Below, in pieces: positions 10,100 to 20,633 of a DNA stretch of 64,000 nt. Numbering within the stretch: the stretch's first letter is position 1; each line of letters starts with the position of its first letter. The stretch covers positions 6,203,424-6,267,423 of the forward strand of contig OZ242315.1 of assembly GCA_965207975.1 (NCBI GenBank). The letters run 5' to 3'. Origin of the DNA: Candidatus Poribacteria bacterium (GTDB lineage: Bacteria > Poribacteria > WGA-4E > PCPOR2b). A program made the translations under genes and the position numbers. The notes under the pieces are model-generated. The model worked only from the letters and a program-made list of their open reading frames with translations. It was not told the DNA's origin and made no database searches.

Positions 10100-11125
10100 A
10101 TGGCTATTCCATACATCATTCCAGCGATTCTTGTAATCATTTTTGTACTCTGGTTGGCTTGGTTCGTGCCGCTAGGACTCTGGATCGCCGCCCTTGCAGC
10201 AGGGGTGCGTATCCGAATTTTCGGCGATCTCGTCGCAATGCGTCTGCGGCGGGTTCCCCCTAAGGCGATTGTGGAGCCCCAAATCGAGGCGACTAAGGCT
10301 GGGCTGCAGCTCAGAGTTGATAACCTTGAAGCACATTTTCTCGCCGGAGGCAATGTGACAGACGTTGTGCGAGCATTGATTGCGGCTGATAAAGCGAACA
10401 TCAAGTTGGATTTTGCCCAAGCTGCTGCAATTGATCTGGCGGGCAGAGATGTATTACAAGCGGTACAGATGAGCGTTAATCCACAGATTATTGATGTCCC
10501 TGCTAAAGGCGACGTTAGCCCCGGCATTACCGCTGTTGCACGCGATGGGATTCAACTGATTGCCAGAGCCAGAGTCACGGTGCGAGCCAATATTGATAGA
10601 CTCGTCGGCGGGGCAGGAGAGGCAACTGTTATCGCACGGGTCGGTGAGGGGATCATTACAACGATCGGTTCGTCCGCGAGCCACAAAGCGGTCTTAGAAA
10701 ATCCTGCGCAGATTTCAGAGGTTGTCTTAGAAAAGGGCTTGGCAGCGGGCACAGCTTTTGAAATCCTGTCCATTGATATTGCAGATATTGACATCGGCGA
10801 GAATGTAGGTGCCAAACTGCAAACGGATCAAGCTGAAGCGGAATTAAAAATTGCTCGCGCCAAAGCGGAAGAGAGACGGGCACTCGCCCAAGCGCAAGAA
10901 GAGGAAAATAAAGCCTTGGTCGAAGAGATGACTGTCAACCTCGTTGAGGCGGATGCCGAGGTGCCTCGCGCAATTGCGGATTCTTTTGCATCTGGCAGGA
11001 TTAGTGTAATGGACTACTATAACCTGCGGAATGTTATCGCGGATACGGAAATGCGCCAATCGATTGCAGCACCTACCGGCGATGGAAGCACAACCCGTTC
11101 ATCCCACGCGGTAGGTTTGTCGTAG
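10100..11125 (+). CDS. floA: Flotillin-like protein FloA (YqfA family), copy 2
   Basis: Same motifs plus [16 protein letters not shown] tail; AGGAGG RBS before ATG 10100. Confidence 0.92.
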   Translation: MAIPYIIPAILVIIFVLWLAWFVPLGLWIAALAAGVRIRIFGDLVAMRLRRVPPKAIVEPQIEATKAGLQLRVDNLEAHFLAGGNVTDVVRALIAADKANIKLDFAQAAAIDLAGRDVLQAVQMSVNPQIIDVPAKGDVSPGITAVARDGIQLIARARVTVRANIDRLVGGAGEATVIARVGEGIITTIGSSASHKAVLENPAQISEVVLEKGLAAGTAFEILSIDIADIDIGENVGAKLQTDQAEAELKIARAKAEERRALAQAQEEENKALVEEMTVNLVEADAEVPRAIADSFASGRISVMDYYNLRNVIADTEMRQSIAAPTGDGSTTRSSHAVGLS

Positions 11126-11158
11126 GAGATTAGAGCGGCTGCAAAAAGGGGAATACCG

Positions 11159-11554
11159 ATGGAAGAATGGATTCAACTAATTCTTTTCATAATTTTTGGT
11201 GCTGTGGCATTGATCTCAAGGATGTTGAGTCGCAGAGGCGCGAAAGAAGAGCCTGACGTTCTACCGGAAGAAGAGGAAGTAACTTTGCCGCCTTGGGGAA
11301 ACGTGCCAATGGAGGAAGAGGAGTTCCCACTGCCTGAGTTCGTTGAGGAGGAGGCGACACTCGCCGCTCCACCTGAGCCCCCGCCTGTCGCTGAGGTTGC
11401 TACAGAGCGGCCGCCAGTAGACGAGGAAGCTCAATCCCCTCCTCCTATACCGACAATTGCAGGAATCCCGCTGACACCCCAGACATTTCGACAGGGGATT
11501 ATCCTTGCGGAGATTCTACGTCCTCCCAAATCGCTCCGCGAACCTCGTCAGTAG
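11159..11554 (+). CDS. Membrane-anchored acidic/Pro-rich protein, YqfB-like
   Basis: N-terminal TM helix, C-terminal RQGIILAEILRPPK; follows floA. Confidence 0.7.
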   Translation: MEEWIQLILFIIFGAVALISRMLSRRGAKEEPDVLPEEEEVTLPPWGNVPMEEEEFPLPEFVEEEATLAAPPEPPPVAEVATERPPVDEEAQSPPPIPTIAGIPLTPQTFRQGIILAEILRPPKSLREPRQ

Positions 11555-11558
11555 ATTA

Positions 11559-11680
11559 TAGTGAATTCAAAAAATAAGTAGACACTTACCAATAACTCCG
11601 ACCTTCGCGCGGTTTCCAAAGTCCCCCTGATAAGGGGGATTTAGGGGGTTGGTTGTGCATTGGAAGTGTCTAAAATCTGC
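11559..11680. mobile_element. Degenerate IS630-type MITE
   Basis: TA|TAGTGAATTCAAAAAATAAGTAGACAC matches termini at 17323-17347 (rc) and 52879-52905; other end eroded. Confidence 0.55.
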
Positions 11681-11688
11681 ACACACCC

Positions 11689-11797
11689 GTAGGTCGGGCA
11701 TCCCCGATAAATCGGGATCCAAAGCGACTTGCCCGACCCTGCCGTGCCGTTCAATACCAACAGGAAGCTTGTAGGTCGAGATTCATATCTCGACCTC
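11689..11797. repeat. Two GTAG-headed REP-like hairpins; the first holds a CCCGATAAATCGGG palindrome in its loop
   Basis: gtaggtcgggca...tgcccgacc and gtaggtcgagattcatatctcgacct; between convergent genes. Confidence 0.7.
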
Positions 11798-11813
11798 CGC
11801 ATGTCAAGAGTGC

Positions 11814-12575
11814 CTAGTCAGCACACAACGCCTCCCACAAAGCGCGATAGTAGTTCATCATACGCACCGGATCTGGACTCCCCGGAATCTCAGCGAGTGT
11901 GTAGCCTGTATATCCAGATGCCTTCAAGAGTGTGAAGAGTTCACGCCATGGATATTCCCGCCGATGCAGCTCGTTGATGTGAACTAACCGTATCCACTCC
12001 TTGACCAGATTAAAGTTGTTCTCAACAGACCCATCTTCCACTTCTCCTGGATTAGAGTTCCAGCAGACGAACACATTACTGTGATCCGCTATTTCCATGA
12101 TTGTTCGGATATGTGGAGGGTGCGACGTTTCGCTACCGTGCACTTCAAGACGAATCTGAACGCCTAGATTATTGGCGAACTCACCACATTCGCGTAGGGA
12201 TAGCCCGATCTGTGTGAGTGTTTTTTCCACAGGAACGTCTTCGGGGAGACCGTTGGGGCGCACCTTCACGCCGGGCGCGCCGACATCCGCTGCAAGCTGT
12301 GAATATTCTTTCGTCCCTTCAATATTTTGGCGTACCTCTTCGGCATCTGTTGAGTGATAATCGAATGCACTGCCCAACCCTGCCAATTCAATCGGCGAAT
12401 CCTCAAACTGCTTCCTGACCTCTTGACGCTCATTCGCGGGAAGATTCACCTCAACATTATGAGCGTGGGTGGTGCGAAGTTCCACGCCTTGAAAACTCGT
12501 CGCCGCACAATTTTCGATAATCGTTGGCACGTCCCAATCCTTTGCCATATTATATGTTACAAGCCCCAATTTCAT
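11814..12575 (-). CDS. Sugar phosphate isomerase/epimerase (xylose-isomerase-like TIM barrel)
   Basis: GVELR, IRLEVHG, LVHINEL, GYTLAE. Confidence 0.85.
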   Translation of the reverse strand: MKLGLVTYNMAKDWDVPTIIENCAATSFQGVELRTTHAHNVEVNLPANERQEVRKQFEDSPIELAGLGSAFDYHSTDAEEVRQNIEGTKEYSQLAADVGAPGVKVRPNGLPEDVPVEKTLTQIGLSLRECGEFANNLGVQIRLEVHGSETSHPPHIRTIMEIADHSNVFVCWNSNPGEVEDGSVENNFNLVKEWIRLVHINELHRREYPWRELFTLLKASGYTGYTLAEIPGSPDPVRMMNYYRALWEALCAD

Positions 12576-12843
12576 CGCAGATCTCCTCTATCTGTGGTGG
12601 GTACATAGCCCCCTGTAAAATTGCTAGGAAAAATAAATCATCTCTTGATAACGGAAAACATTTGATCTCAATTGGTTTTTATATTACAATACCTTCTCAT
12701 CAGATGCAAAGGCAAAAGAGATTTGTGGGTTCATTGGTGCATTAGTTGATTGGTTCATTAATGAACAAGTGAACAAACGATTAGAGTCCTCCTTACCATC
12801 AACTTGCACCAAAAGTTATCAAAAAAGAGGATTATAAAAATAG

Positions 12844-13932
12844 ATGGAACGAAGATTTTATGATGAACTTGCCCAAATGGGTTTACAGGGGCAAATGCTC
12901 TCCGACGAGTTGTGTCTGGATATATTAACTTCAGCTGCAATTGAACTCCTCCCGTTGCTTGATGCAGCCTATCAGGTGCGAAAAAAATATACCGGCAAAG
13001 AGGTTCAACTACATATCATTAATAACGCCCAAAATGGCTACTGTCCCGAAGATTGTTATTATTGCGCGCAGGCGAAATCATCAGATGCAGATATCGAGGC
13101 GTATGCGATGAAGTCCGATGCAGAAATGTTGGCAGAAGCGCAATGTGCTTATGAATCGGGAGCGTATCGCTACTGTATGGTCTTTGCGGGTCGGGGACCG
13201 TCCAAAAATCGCGTTGTGCATCTCGCTAGATTGATTGGGGAAATAAAATCCCGCTATCCAATCCAAGTTTGCTTGAGTGCGGGACTAATTGATAATGAAG
13301 ACGCGCAAACGCTCAAGGCGGCTGGATTAGATCGGCTCAACCACAATCTCAATACATCAGAAAGACACTATCCCAAGATCTGTACAACTCACACATATCA
13401 GGATCGGTTGGATACATTGCATGCCGCACAAACTGCGAGTATCGAATTATGTGCCGGAATCATTGTCGGCATGGGAGAAGTGGAAAAAGATGTGATTGCG
13501 GTCGCCAAGACCCTTCGGGAGTTAGAAGTTCAGTCGATACCCGTCAATTTTTTGATTCCGATTCCGGGAAATGCGCTGTCAGAAGCACCGTATCTCAGTC
13601 CAGAGTATTGCTTGCGCGTGTTGTGCCTGTACCGTTTCCTGAATCCCAAGGCAGAGATCCGAATCGCGGCAGGCAGGGAGGTACATCTGCGAAGCATGGA
13701 GGTCATGACACTCTATCCAGCCAATTCACTCTTTGTGGAAGGTTACCTGAATACGCGGGGAGCGTCGCGAAGGCAAACACTACAGATGATCAGGGATGCA
13801 GGCTTTACTATTAAAGCGGATCGCGCCTTGGAAGAGCTATTAAAACAGGAAGATGACACCCAAAATCTGCTGACAATTGACGATTCAAAAGCTTTGTTGA
13901 AAGATATCAAGGATTTGAGACCGCAGGTTTAG
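12844..13932 (+). CDS. bioB: Biotin synthase
   Basis: CPEDCYYCAQ radical-SAM motif, LNHNLNT, IPVNFL, IRIAAGRE. Confidence 0.95.
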   Translation: MERRFYDELAQMGLQGQMLSDELCLDILTSAAIELLPLLDAAYQVRKKYTGKEVQLHIINNAQNGYCPEDCYYCAQAKSSDADIEAYAMKSDAEMLAEAQCAYESGAYRYCMVFAGRGPSKNRVVHLARLIGEIKSRYPIQVCLSAGLIDNEDAQTLKAAGLDRLNHNLNTSERHYPKICTTHTYQDRLDTLHAAQTASIELCAGIIVGMGEVEKDVIAVAKTLRELEVQSIPVNFLIPIPGNALSEAPYLSPEYCLRVLCLYRFLNPKAEIRIAAGREVHLRSMEVMTLYPANSLFVEGYLNTRGASRRQTLQMIRDAGFTIKADRALEELLKQEDDTQNLLTIDDSKALLKDIKDLRPQV

Positions 13933-14009
13933 TACCCCCTGCGGCGTTTCAAACCTGTGTGCAGTTTAGTATACAATGCTTCTTTGTTACGCATAAGGAG
14001 GTTCAACGG

Positions 14010-14804
14010 ATGGTTAGATTATCTGATGAGGATATTCTGTTTTTCAAGCGGGAAGGCTATCTGGTTAAGCGGAGCGTTCTGGATCCGGAGCTGATGGCGC
14101 GGGCGAGGGATCGACTATGGGACGGTGCACCGCCCTCCATGGACCGGTATGCTCCCGATACTTGGGTGGGTCCCATTAAAAAAGAGGAAGAATGCCAAGA
14201 TACGATGAATGCGAAACGCGGCTTCCGATGGAACTTCCGTGAGCCGGGGAGCGAGGATTGGATGGTTCGGCTACTTGCCACCGATCCAAGCGTGTGGGGC
14301 ATGGCGGAACAGTTTCTAGGTGAAGGGAATGTACAGACACCCGATGGGATTCGGGGGATCTACTGCACGCTCCCTTACGGCAATGAGCCTGAGAAGCCGA
14401 CTACCTGCCATGTGGACGGACATCCTTTCCATCTAGGCGTTGTCGGGTATATCGACCACGTTCCGCCACGGGGCGGTGGATTTACAGTTTGGCCCAAAAG
14501 TCACCTGAAGTTCTATTATGAATTCCACTCCCAATACAAGCATGAGCGCACCGATGGATACGATGAGGTGTTAGCAGAAATTAACCAGACACCCTATGTC
14601 GAAACTTATGGAGAGCCGGGGGATATCGTTTTCTGGCATCACCGGATCGGTCATGCGGCGGGGCAGAATTTCTCCAAGCAGATACGTCAGGCGGTGCTGT
14701 ACGATTTCCGCAAAAAAGACCTGGAGCAGACGCAAGAAGAACCACCGTGTGCGGACATGTGGCGGGATTGGCCAGGTATTCAAGCGTTGAGAGATGAGGA
14801 TTGA
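14010..14804 (+). CDS. Phytanoyl-CoA dioxygenase (PhyH) family protein
   Basis: FFKREGYLV, HVD, GFTVWPKSH, GDIVFWHHRIGH; AGGAGG RBS. Confidence 0.88.
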   Translation: MVRLSDEDILFFKREGYLVKRSVLDPELMARARDRLWDGAPPSMDRYAPDTWVGPIKKEEECQDTMNAKRGFRWNFREPGSEDWMVRLLATDPSVWGMAEQFLGEGNVQTPDGIRGIYCTLPYGNEPEKPTTCHVDGHPFHLGVVGYIDHVPPRGGGFTVWPKSHLKFYYEFHSQYKHERTDGYDEVLAEINQTPYVETYGEPGDIVFWHHRIGHAAGQNFSKQIRQAVLYDFRKKDLEQTQEEPPCADMWRDWPGIQALRDED

Positions 14805-14816
14805 CAAGGAGGGGAT

Positions 14817-16055
14817 ATGGACAAAATTAGACTTGGATTGGTGGGGTGTGGCGGCATGGGTACGCGACATCTCTACGGTCTGCGAGAGCTGACACAAACC
14901 CCATTCAACAATGTTGAACTGTGTGCCTTATGCGACATTCGCCGCGAAAACGCCGAACTCGCCGCTGTTGAGGCGGAAAAGCTGCTGGGAGTACGACCGG
15001 CAATTTTCACTGATCTGGAAGAGATGGTACGTCAGATGCCGGATCTCACCGCTGTGGATGTGGTAACGGATCCGTCGGTACACCATACCGTTGTCTGTCA
15101 GGCACTAGACTTGGGGCTGCATGTGATGGTCGAGAAACCGATGGCGATCACAGTTGGAGCGTGTCTAGCAATGATTGACGCTGCGGAACGGAACAACCGA
15201 AAACTGTCGGTGGCGGAGAACTACCGGCGTGATCCCTCCGCGCGGTTGGTTAATCATCTGCTGAAAATGGGTGCTATTGGTACGCCCTATATGGGGCTTT
15301 TCCACTCGCTCAGTGCCGGCAATGATATTTTTATTACCCCGTGGCGGCACCTCAAGGATAAGGGCGGCCCCATCGTCGATATGGGTGTCCACATGGCAGA
15401 CCAGATCCGTTATCAGCTTGGAGATATTGCGGAGGTCTACGGCGATGTGTGGCTGATCGAGCCGGTGAGACGCAAGGCGGACAGTATTGGCGACACCTAC
15501 ACCTTTTATCAGAATCGGCATCGGGCGATGGACGCTGAGGTGCCCGCGACGGCGGAGGACACCTCAATGGCGATATTCAAGATGGAAAACGGCGTGACTG
15601 TGAACTGGTTAATCAGCAGGGGCGGCACCGGCAGCTACGGCGGTCAACTCATTCTGGGGGATCAGGGATGCATCAACGGCTTTGGAGCGCGTGGCAGCCG
15701 AGTCAGTATGAAACGGCGAGACGAGGAGGAGATAACTCAAGAAGATATGCTTGCATCTGTAGAGGAATTTGCGCTTGAACCTCTGGCAGAACACCTCTTT
15801 CCCACCCGAATCACCGACAAGGATAGCAAGGTAGATTGGAAGATTATCGCGCTAGAGTACCATGAACTGGCTGAAGCGATCCTCAATGGACGAGAGATTG
15901 AGGTGGATGGGCGTGAAGGCATGAAGGATGTGGCTGCTATCTATGCTATATTTGAGTCGGCGAGGGCCGGGCGAGCAGTGAAAATGAGTGAAGTAGAGAG
16001 CTGCCAAGTTTACGAATATCAATCGGAAATTGACGAAGTGCTGGGGCTTACGTGA
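14817..16055 (+). CDS. Gfo/Idh/MocA family oxidoreductase
   Basis: GLVGCGGMG, VEKP, DMGVH. Confidence 0.92.
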   Translation: MDKIRLGLVGCGGMGTRHLYGLRELTQTPFNNVELCALCDIRRENAELAAVEAEKLLGVRPAIFTDLEEMVRQMPDLTAVDVVTDPSVHHTVVCQALDLGLHVMVEKPMAITVGACLAMIDAAERNNRKLSVAENYRRDPSARLVNHLLKMGAIGTPYMGLFHSLSAGNDIFITPWRHLKDKGGPIVDMGVHMADQIRYQLGDIAEVYGDVWLIEPVRRKADSIGDTYTFYQNRHRAMDAEVPATAEDTSMAIFKMENGVTVNWLISRGGTGSYGGQLILGDQGCINGFGARGSRVSMKRRDEEEITQEDMLASVEEFALEPLAEHLFPTRITDKDSKVDWKIIALEYHELAEAILNGREIEVDGREGMKDVAAIYAIFESARAGRAVKMSEVESCQVYEYQSEIDEVLGLT

Positions 16056-16064
16056 GGAGAAGAT

Positions 16065-17045
16065 ATGGAGTATCGACACATAGGAAAAACCGGTGTCAAG
16101 GTGTCTAGCATCTGTCTGGGGACAGCGTTTCGTGGCCAGGCGGACGAAAGCACTGCCATACGGGTGATAGATCGGGCGATAGATCTCGGGTGCAATTTTA
16201 TTGATACCGCCCTATACGGGGCGGGCCGATCCGAGGTCATTGTAGGTAAGGCGATTAAGGAGAAACGCGACGATATCGTGCTGTGCACCAAAATCTTTGG
16301 GACGCTTGGGGATAGCCCGAACCACACCGGCTTATCACGCGTCAATCTGATGCAGGGTGTTGATGCAAGCCTTGGTCGGCTCCAGACCGACCATATTGAC
16401 CTCTACCTGCTCCACAGCTTCGATCCCAAAACCCCGCTTGAAGAGACCGTGCGCGCCTTAGACGATATGGTACGCGCAGGAAAGGTGCGGTATATCGGTT
16501 GCAGCAATTTTCGAGCGTGGAAAGTTATGGAGGCTCTCGGAATCAGCGCGCTTCGGAACTTAGAGCCGTTTGTCTGTATCCAAAACCAATACAACCTGTT
16601 GAACCGTTGGGAGATCGAGCCGGACCTGATGCCGTTGTGCCGCGAACAAGGTATAGGAATTATGACCTTCAGTCCGCTTGCGATTGGACTGTTGAGCGGA
16701 CATTTTCGGCGTGGGCAGGAACCACCGGCGAACACCCCTTGGGGGAAGGGACCTGAGTGGGGATTAAGCGCACACAAATACAACTTTGAAGAGGCGATGA
16801 CAGAGCGAGTCGATAGGATTGTACAGACGCTCATTGACATCGGTGCGGAGAATGGTCGAACGCCCGCACAGGTAGCGGTCGCGTGGGTTTTAGACCATCC
16901 AGAGATTACCGCCCCCATTCACGGCGCAGACTTCCCCGAACATGTGGACGAGGTTTTCGGATCGGCGGACTGGCGATTACCCCCGGAGGCGCGGGATACC
17001 TTAGATGAGGTGTCGAGGATCGAAGAATTGAGGAGATACGCCTAA
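16065..17045 (+). CDS. Aldo/keto reductase
   Basis: DTALYG, LQTDHIDLYLLH, GKVRYIGCSN, FSPLA. Confidence 0.95.
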   Translation: MEYRHIGKTGVKVSSICLGTAFRGQADESTAIRVIDRAIDLGCNFIDTALYGAGRSEVIVGKAIKEKRDDIVLCTKIFGTLGDSPNHTGLSRVNLMQGVDASLGRLQTDHIDLYLLHSFDPKTPLEETVRALDDMVRAGKVRYIGCSNFRAWKVMEALGISALRNLEPFVCIQNQYNLLNRWEIEPDLMPLCREQGIGIMTFSPLAIGLLSGHFRRGQEPPANTPWGKGPEWGLSAHKYNFEEAMTERVDRIVQTLIDIGAENGRTPAQVAVAWVLDHPEITAPIHGADFPEHVDEVFGSADWRLPPEARDTLDEVSRIEELRRYA

Positions 17046-17101
17046 GACGGGAGCTGTGTACAACTTTTTTGTAGAAGTATTGTATGAAAATTCAGGTTTT
17101 A

Positions 17102-17347
17102 TAGTAGATTTTAGAATTAATTGGACACTATGAACGAGTCCCGATAGATCGGGATTGGCAGGGTTACGGCACATTGCTTTGAATCCCGATTCGTCGGGAT
17201 GGTGCCCGCCTCTGATGTAAAGGGCAATCTGCCAAATGTAACGTCCCGACCTGTCGGGATTAGTTTGCGGCTTGGGATCACAATCTAACAGATCGTGGTA
17301 CAGAAAACTATCTACTTTTAATGTCTACTTATTTTTAGAATTCACTA
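17102..17347. mobile_element. IS630-type MITE carrying three CCCGA-N4-TCGGG palindromes
   Basis: Termini TAGTAGATTTTAGAATTAA and GAATTCACTA, TA on both flanks. Confidence 0.8.
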
Positions 17348-17390
17348 TAGTTAATCCGACTTGAACGAAATATTATTGGAGGACAAATCT

Positions 17391-18500
17391 ATGTCAACCT
17401 ATCGTGCCGCAGTCATTGGTCTGGGCAGAATGGGTAGCACCTTTGACGACGAAATCACACAGGGCGGCTCACTTTTCCTGCCCTACTGCCATGGGCCTAG
17501 TTACCACGCAGCACCCAATGTCGAATTGGTCGCCGGGGCAGATCTCCATGAGGAACAGGCAGCCATCTTCGGAGAGCGTTGGGGTATAAGCCCTGACCAT
17601 CTGTATAGCGACTATCGGGAGATGTTAGCGGCAGAGCAGTTAGACCTCGTCAGTGTATGCACAACGGCGCGTGTTCGCTCTGCCATTGTGCAGAATGTCG
17701 CCCGTGCAGGCGTTAAAGCCATCTGGGCGGAAAAGCCAATTGCCTTGACCTTAGAGGAAGCGGATACGATGGTGAATGTCTGCCGTGAGAACGGTGTTGC
17801 GTTGGCTGTCAACTGTGCCCGCCGCTGGAATCCATTCTTCAGTGAGGCTCGACGGCTCATTGACGCAGGAGAGCTGGGCGAACTTCTACAGGTCACTGTC
17901 TACGCTCAGTGTGGCTTGTCCCATAACGGCAGTCACGCCATCGATATCTTGCGCTACATGGCTGGCGGAAATGTCGAATGGGTTTTCGGTGAGATGGAAT
18001 CGGACGAAGCCGCCGCCGGTGAAAACGACCTGAGTGGCAACGGATACCTCGTTTTTGATAACGGGGTGCGTGCTTATCTTAGGAGTATGCCCACTGGTGC
18101 TGCGTCTTGGGAGGTCGATGTGATTGGTACAGAGGGACGTATTCGCTCCCTAAACAATGCGGAGGAATTTGAATTTATCCTCACCGTACCCGGCGGTCGT
18201 CGGGGACGACCCAGACCCGCAAAGGTGCCATTCCCTTGGCCCGTGCGGATGCAGGGCATGGGACTGACAATCGTCGCCGACCTGATCAACGCTGCTGAAA
18301 CAGGGCAGCCCCCCAAATGTTCGGGAGATGACGGCCGGGCGGCGTTAGAAGTCGCTGTTGGATTACGGGAATCACACCGGCGTGGCGGAGCCAAGGTTGA
18401 CCTGCCATTGGCAGACCGCGGCTTGGGCATTCAATCTATAGAGATTGCCAACGATAGTGTGCCTGCACGGATTCGACGGCTACAGCAGGAAGGTGCCTAG
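17391..18500 (+). CDS. Gfo/Idh/MocA family oxidoreductase
   Basis: VIGLGRMG, AEKP, HNGSH; GGAGG RBS. Confidence 0.92.
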   Translation: MSTYRAAVIGLGRMGSTFDDEITQGGSLFLPYCHGPSYHAAPNVELVAGADLHEEQAAIFGERWGISPDHLYSDYREMLAAEQLDLVSVCTTARVRSAIVQNVARAGVKAIWAEKPIALTLEEADTMVNVCRENGVALAVNCARRWNPFFSEARRLIDAGELGELLQVTVYAQCGLSHNGSHAIDILRYMAGGNVEWVFGEMESDEAAAGENDLSGNGYLVFDNGVRAYLRSMPTGAASWEVDVIGTEGRIRSLNNAEEFEFILTVPGGRRGRPRPAKVPFPWPVRMQGMGLTIVADLINAAETGQPPKCSGDDGRAALEVAVGLRESHRRGGAKVDLPLADRGLGIQSIEIANDSVPARIRRLQQEGA

Positions 18501-18596
18501 GAATTTTGGCGCGAAAGTAGTGGACTCCCAATTTTCGTTGATCCATACTGTAGGTTTCAGTCGCAAGTCCAGATTCGTATAAGGAGAACTATTGAC

Positions 18597-19601
18597 ATGA
18601 AAATTACGCGAGTGGATCTTTACGAGGTAGAAATTCCTCCAATCCCACCGGTTGCCAAATACGTTCCTAAGATCTACGACATCACCCTCTGCCGCGTTCA
18701 GACAGACGAAGGCATAGAGGGTTGGGGTGAGTACCTAGGCACGCGATCTACACACGAGGGAACAGCGCAGGCTTATATCGGTCAGGAGGTCTTTGCGTTA
18801 GATCCATTCGCCCAGCCGGATGGGTTCACCTGTGCATTACTGGATATCACCGGGCAAGCCTACGGTATGCCAGTCCACCGCTTTTTCGGTCAGAAGGTAC
18901 GTGACGAGGTGCCGGTTTCTTACTGGTCTACCACAATGGAACCGCACGAAACAGCTGCGGAGGCAGAGGTGGGTGCGCGCTTGGGATTCACCAACCACAA
19001 ACTGAAGGCGCGTGCTTCGGATGTCGTGGAAACGGTGCGTCTCATAAAGGAAGTAGCAGGACCCGATTACACTGTCGGCTTGGATCCCAATATGGGATTC
19101 CAATACGTACATATCGCCACGCGCTTGGCAGAACAACTTGAACCTTTTGGAACAGTTGCGAACTTTGAAGACCCAGTCCTCAAAACGAACTTGGATTGGT
19201 ATCGCTTGTTGCGTGAGAAAACGCACATCCCCCAAGCGCTGCACTTGGGACCGCCGGACGAAGTGCTGGCAGCGCTCAAGGCAGAGTGTATCGACTACCT
19301 GAACTTGGGCGGACCTGTCCAACAGGTATGCAAATCTGCTGCGTTGACTGAAGCCGCAGATGTGCCTTGCTGGGTACAGATCGGAGGTCTCTGCTTGAGC
19401 ATTATGGCTGCCTATTCCGTCCACGTGCAATGCACCCTGCCCAGCGCAACCCTGCCTTGTGACGAGTTGCCCCACATCCGTATCGCCGACGTTGTGAAAG
19501 AAGGGTTGACAATCAAAGCGGGGCACTTTCTGGTGCCGGAGGGTCCAGGCCTTGGTATCAAAGTAGACATGGACGTAATTGAAAAGTATCGAGTCGCGTG
19601 A
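18597..19601 (+). CDS. Mandelate racemase/muconate lactonizing enzyme family protein, copy 1
   Basis: GIEGWGE, KLK, DPN, FEDP, PEGPGLG. Confidence 0.9.
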   Translation: MKITRVDLYEVEIPPIPPVAKYVPKIYDITLCRVQTDEGIEGWGEYLGTRSTHEGTAQAYIGQEVFALDPFAQPDGFTCALLDITGQAYGMPVHRFFGQKVRDEVPVSYWSTTMEPHETAAEAEVGARLGFTNHKLKARASDVVETVRLIKEVAGPDYTVGLDPNMGFQYVHIATRLAEQLEPFGTVANFEDPVLKTNLDWYRLLREKTHIPQALHLGPPDEVLAALKAECIDYLNLGGPVQQVCKSAALTEAADVPCWVQIGGLCLSIMAAYSVHVQCTLPSATLPCDELPHIRIADVVKEGLTIKAGHFLVPEGPGLGIKVDMDVIEKYRVA

Positions 19602-19628
19602 AACCTGAAACGAAGGAGAACTATTGAC

Positions 19629-20633
19629 ATGAAAATTACGGAAGTGAATCTTTACGAGATAGAAATCCCACCAATTCCGCCGATTGCCAAATACATGCCC
19701 AAGATCTACGACATCACCCTCTGCCGCGTTCAGACCGACGAGGGTATAGAAGGTTGGGGCGAGTACCAAGGCGCACGATCCGCACACGAGAGCACGGCAC
19801 AGTCTTACATCGGTCAAGAGGTGTTGGCGTTAGACCCATTCGCTCAACCCGATGCGTTCACCTGCGCGCTTTTGGACATCACCGGTCAGATGCACGGTAT
19901 TCCAGTCCACCGCTTTTTTGGTCAAAAGGTGCGCGATGAGGTGCCGGTCTCTTACTGGTCCTGTCCCATGGAACCGCACGAAACAGCTGCGGAGGCAGAG
20001 GTGGGAGCGCGTTTGGGATTCACCAATCACAAACTGAAGGCGCGTTCCTGGAACATCGTGGAAACGGTGCGCCTCATAAAAGAAGCAGCCGGTCCCGATT
20101 ACACCGTCGGCGTGGATCCAAATACCGAGTTCAAATACCTCCATATTGCCACGCAGCTAGCGGAACAGCTTGAACCTTTCGGAACGGTTGCCAACTTTGA
20201 AGACCCGGTCCTCAAAACGAACTTGGATTGGTATCGCTTGTTACGTGAGAAGACCCACATTCCCCAAGCACTTCACCTCGGACCACCGGGCGGGGTTCTC
20301 GCAGCACTCAAGGCAGAGTGCATCGACTATGTGAACCTGGGTGGTTCTGCCCAAAGCCTACGAAAATCCGCTGCATTAGCCGAAGCCGCAGATGTGCCTT
20401 GCTGGGTCCAGATGGGAGGCCTCTGTTTGAGCATTATGGCTGCCTATTCCGTCCATGTGCAATGCACCTTGCCCAACGCAACCTTGCCTTGTGACGAGTT
20501 ACCCCACATGCGCGTCGCTGACGTTGCGAAAGAGGGACTAACAATCAAGGCAGGGCATTTTCTGGTGCCAGAGGGACCAGGGCTTGGTATCACAGTAGAC
20601 ATGGATGTAATTGAAAAGTATCGCGTAGCCTGA
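19629..20633 (+). CDS. Mandelate racemase/muconate lactonizing enzyme family protein, copy 2 (tandem paralog)
   Basis: Same length (334 aa), motifs and 16-nt RBS region as copy 1. Confidence 0.9.
   Translation: MKITEVNLYEIEIPPIPPIAKYMPKIYDITLCRVQTDEGIEGWGEYQGARSAHESTAQSYIGQEVLALDPFAQPDAFTCALLDITGQMHGIPVHRFFGQKVRDEVPVSYWSCPMEPHETAAEAEVGARLGFTNHKLKARSWNIVETVRLIKEAAGPDYTVGVDPNTEFKYLHIATQLAEQLEPFGTVANFEDPVLKTNLDWYRLLREKTHIPQALHLGPPGGVLAALKAECIDYVNLGGSAQSLRKSAALAEAADVPCWVQMGGLCLSIMAAYSVHVQCTLPNATLPCDELPHMRVADVAKEGLTIKAGHFLVPEGPGLGITVDMDVIEKYRVA

Noticed and set aside
12728-12780. GTTCATTG-like octamer repeats (also near 58510-58530)
   Set aside because: Few, degenerate copies; no function can be supported.
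18837-19817. 326-aa minus-strand ORF and other long antisense ORFs (e.g. 25757-26488, 263-847)
   Set aside because: They shadow well-supported genes on the opposite strand and show no motifs.
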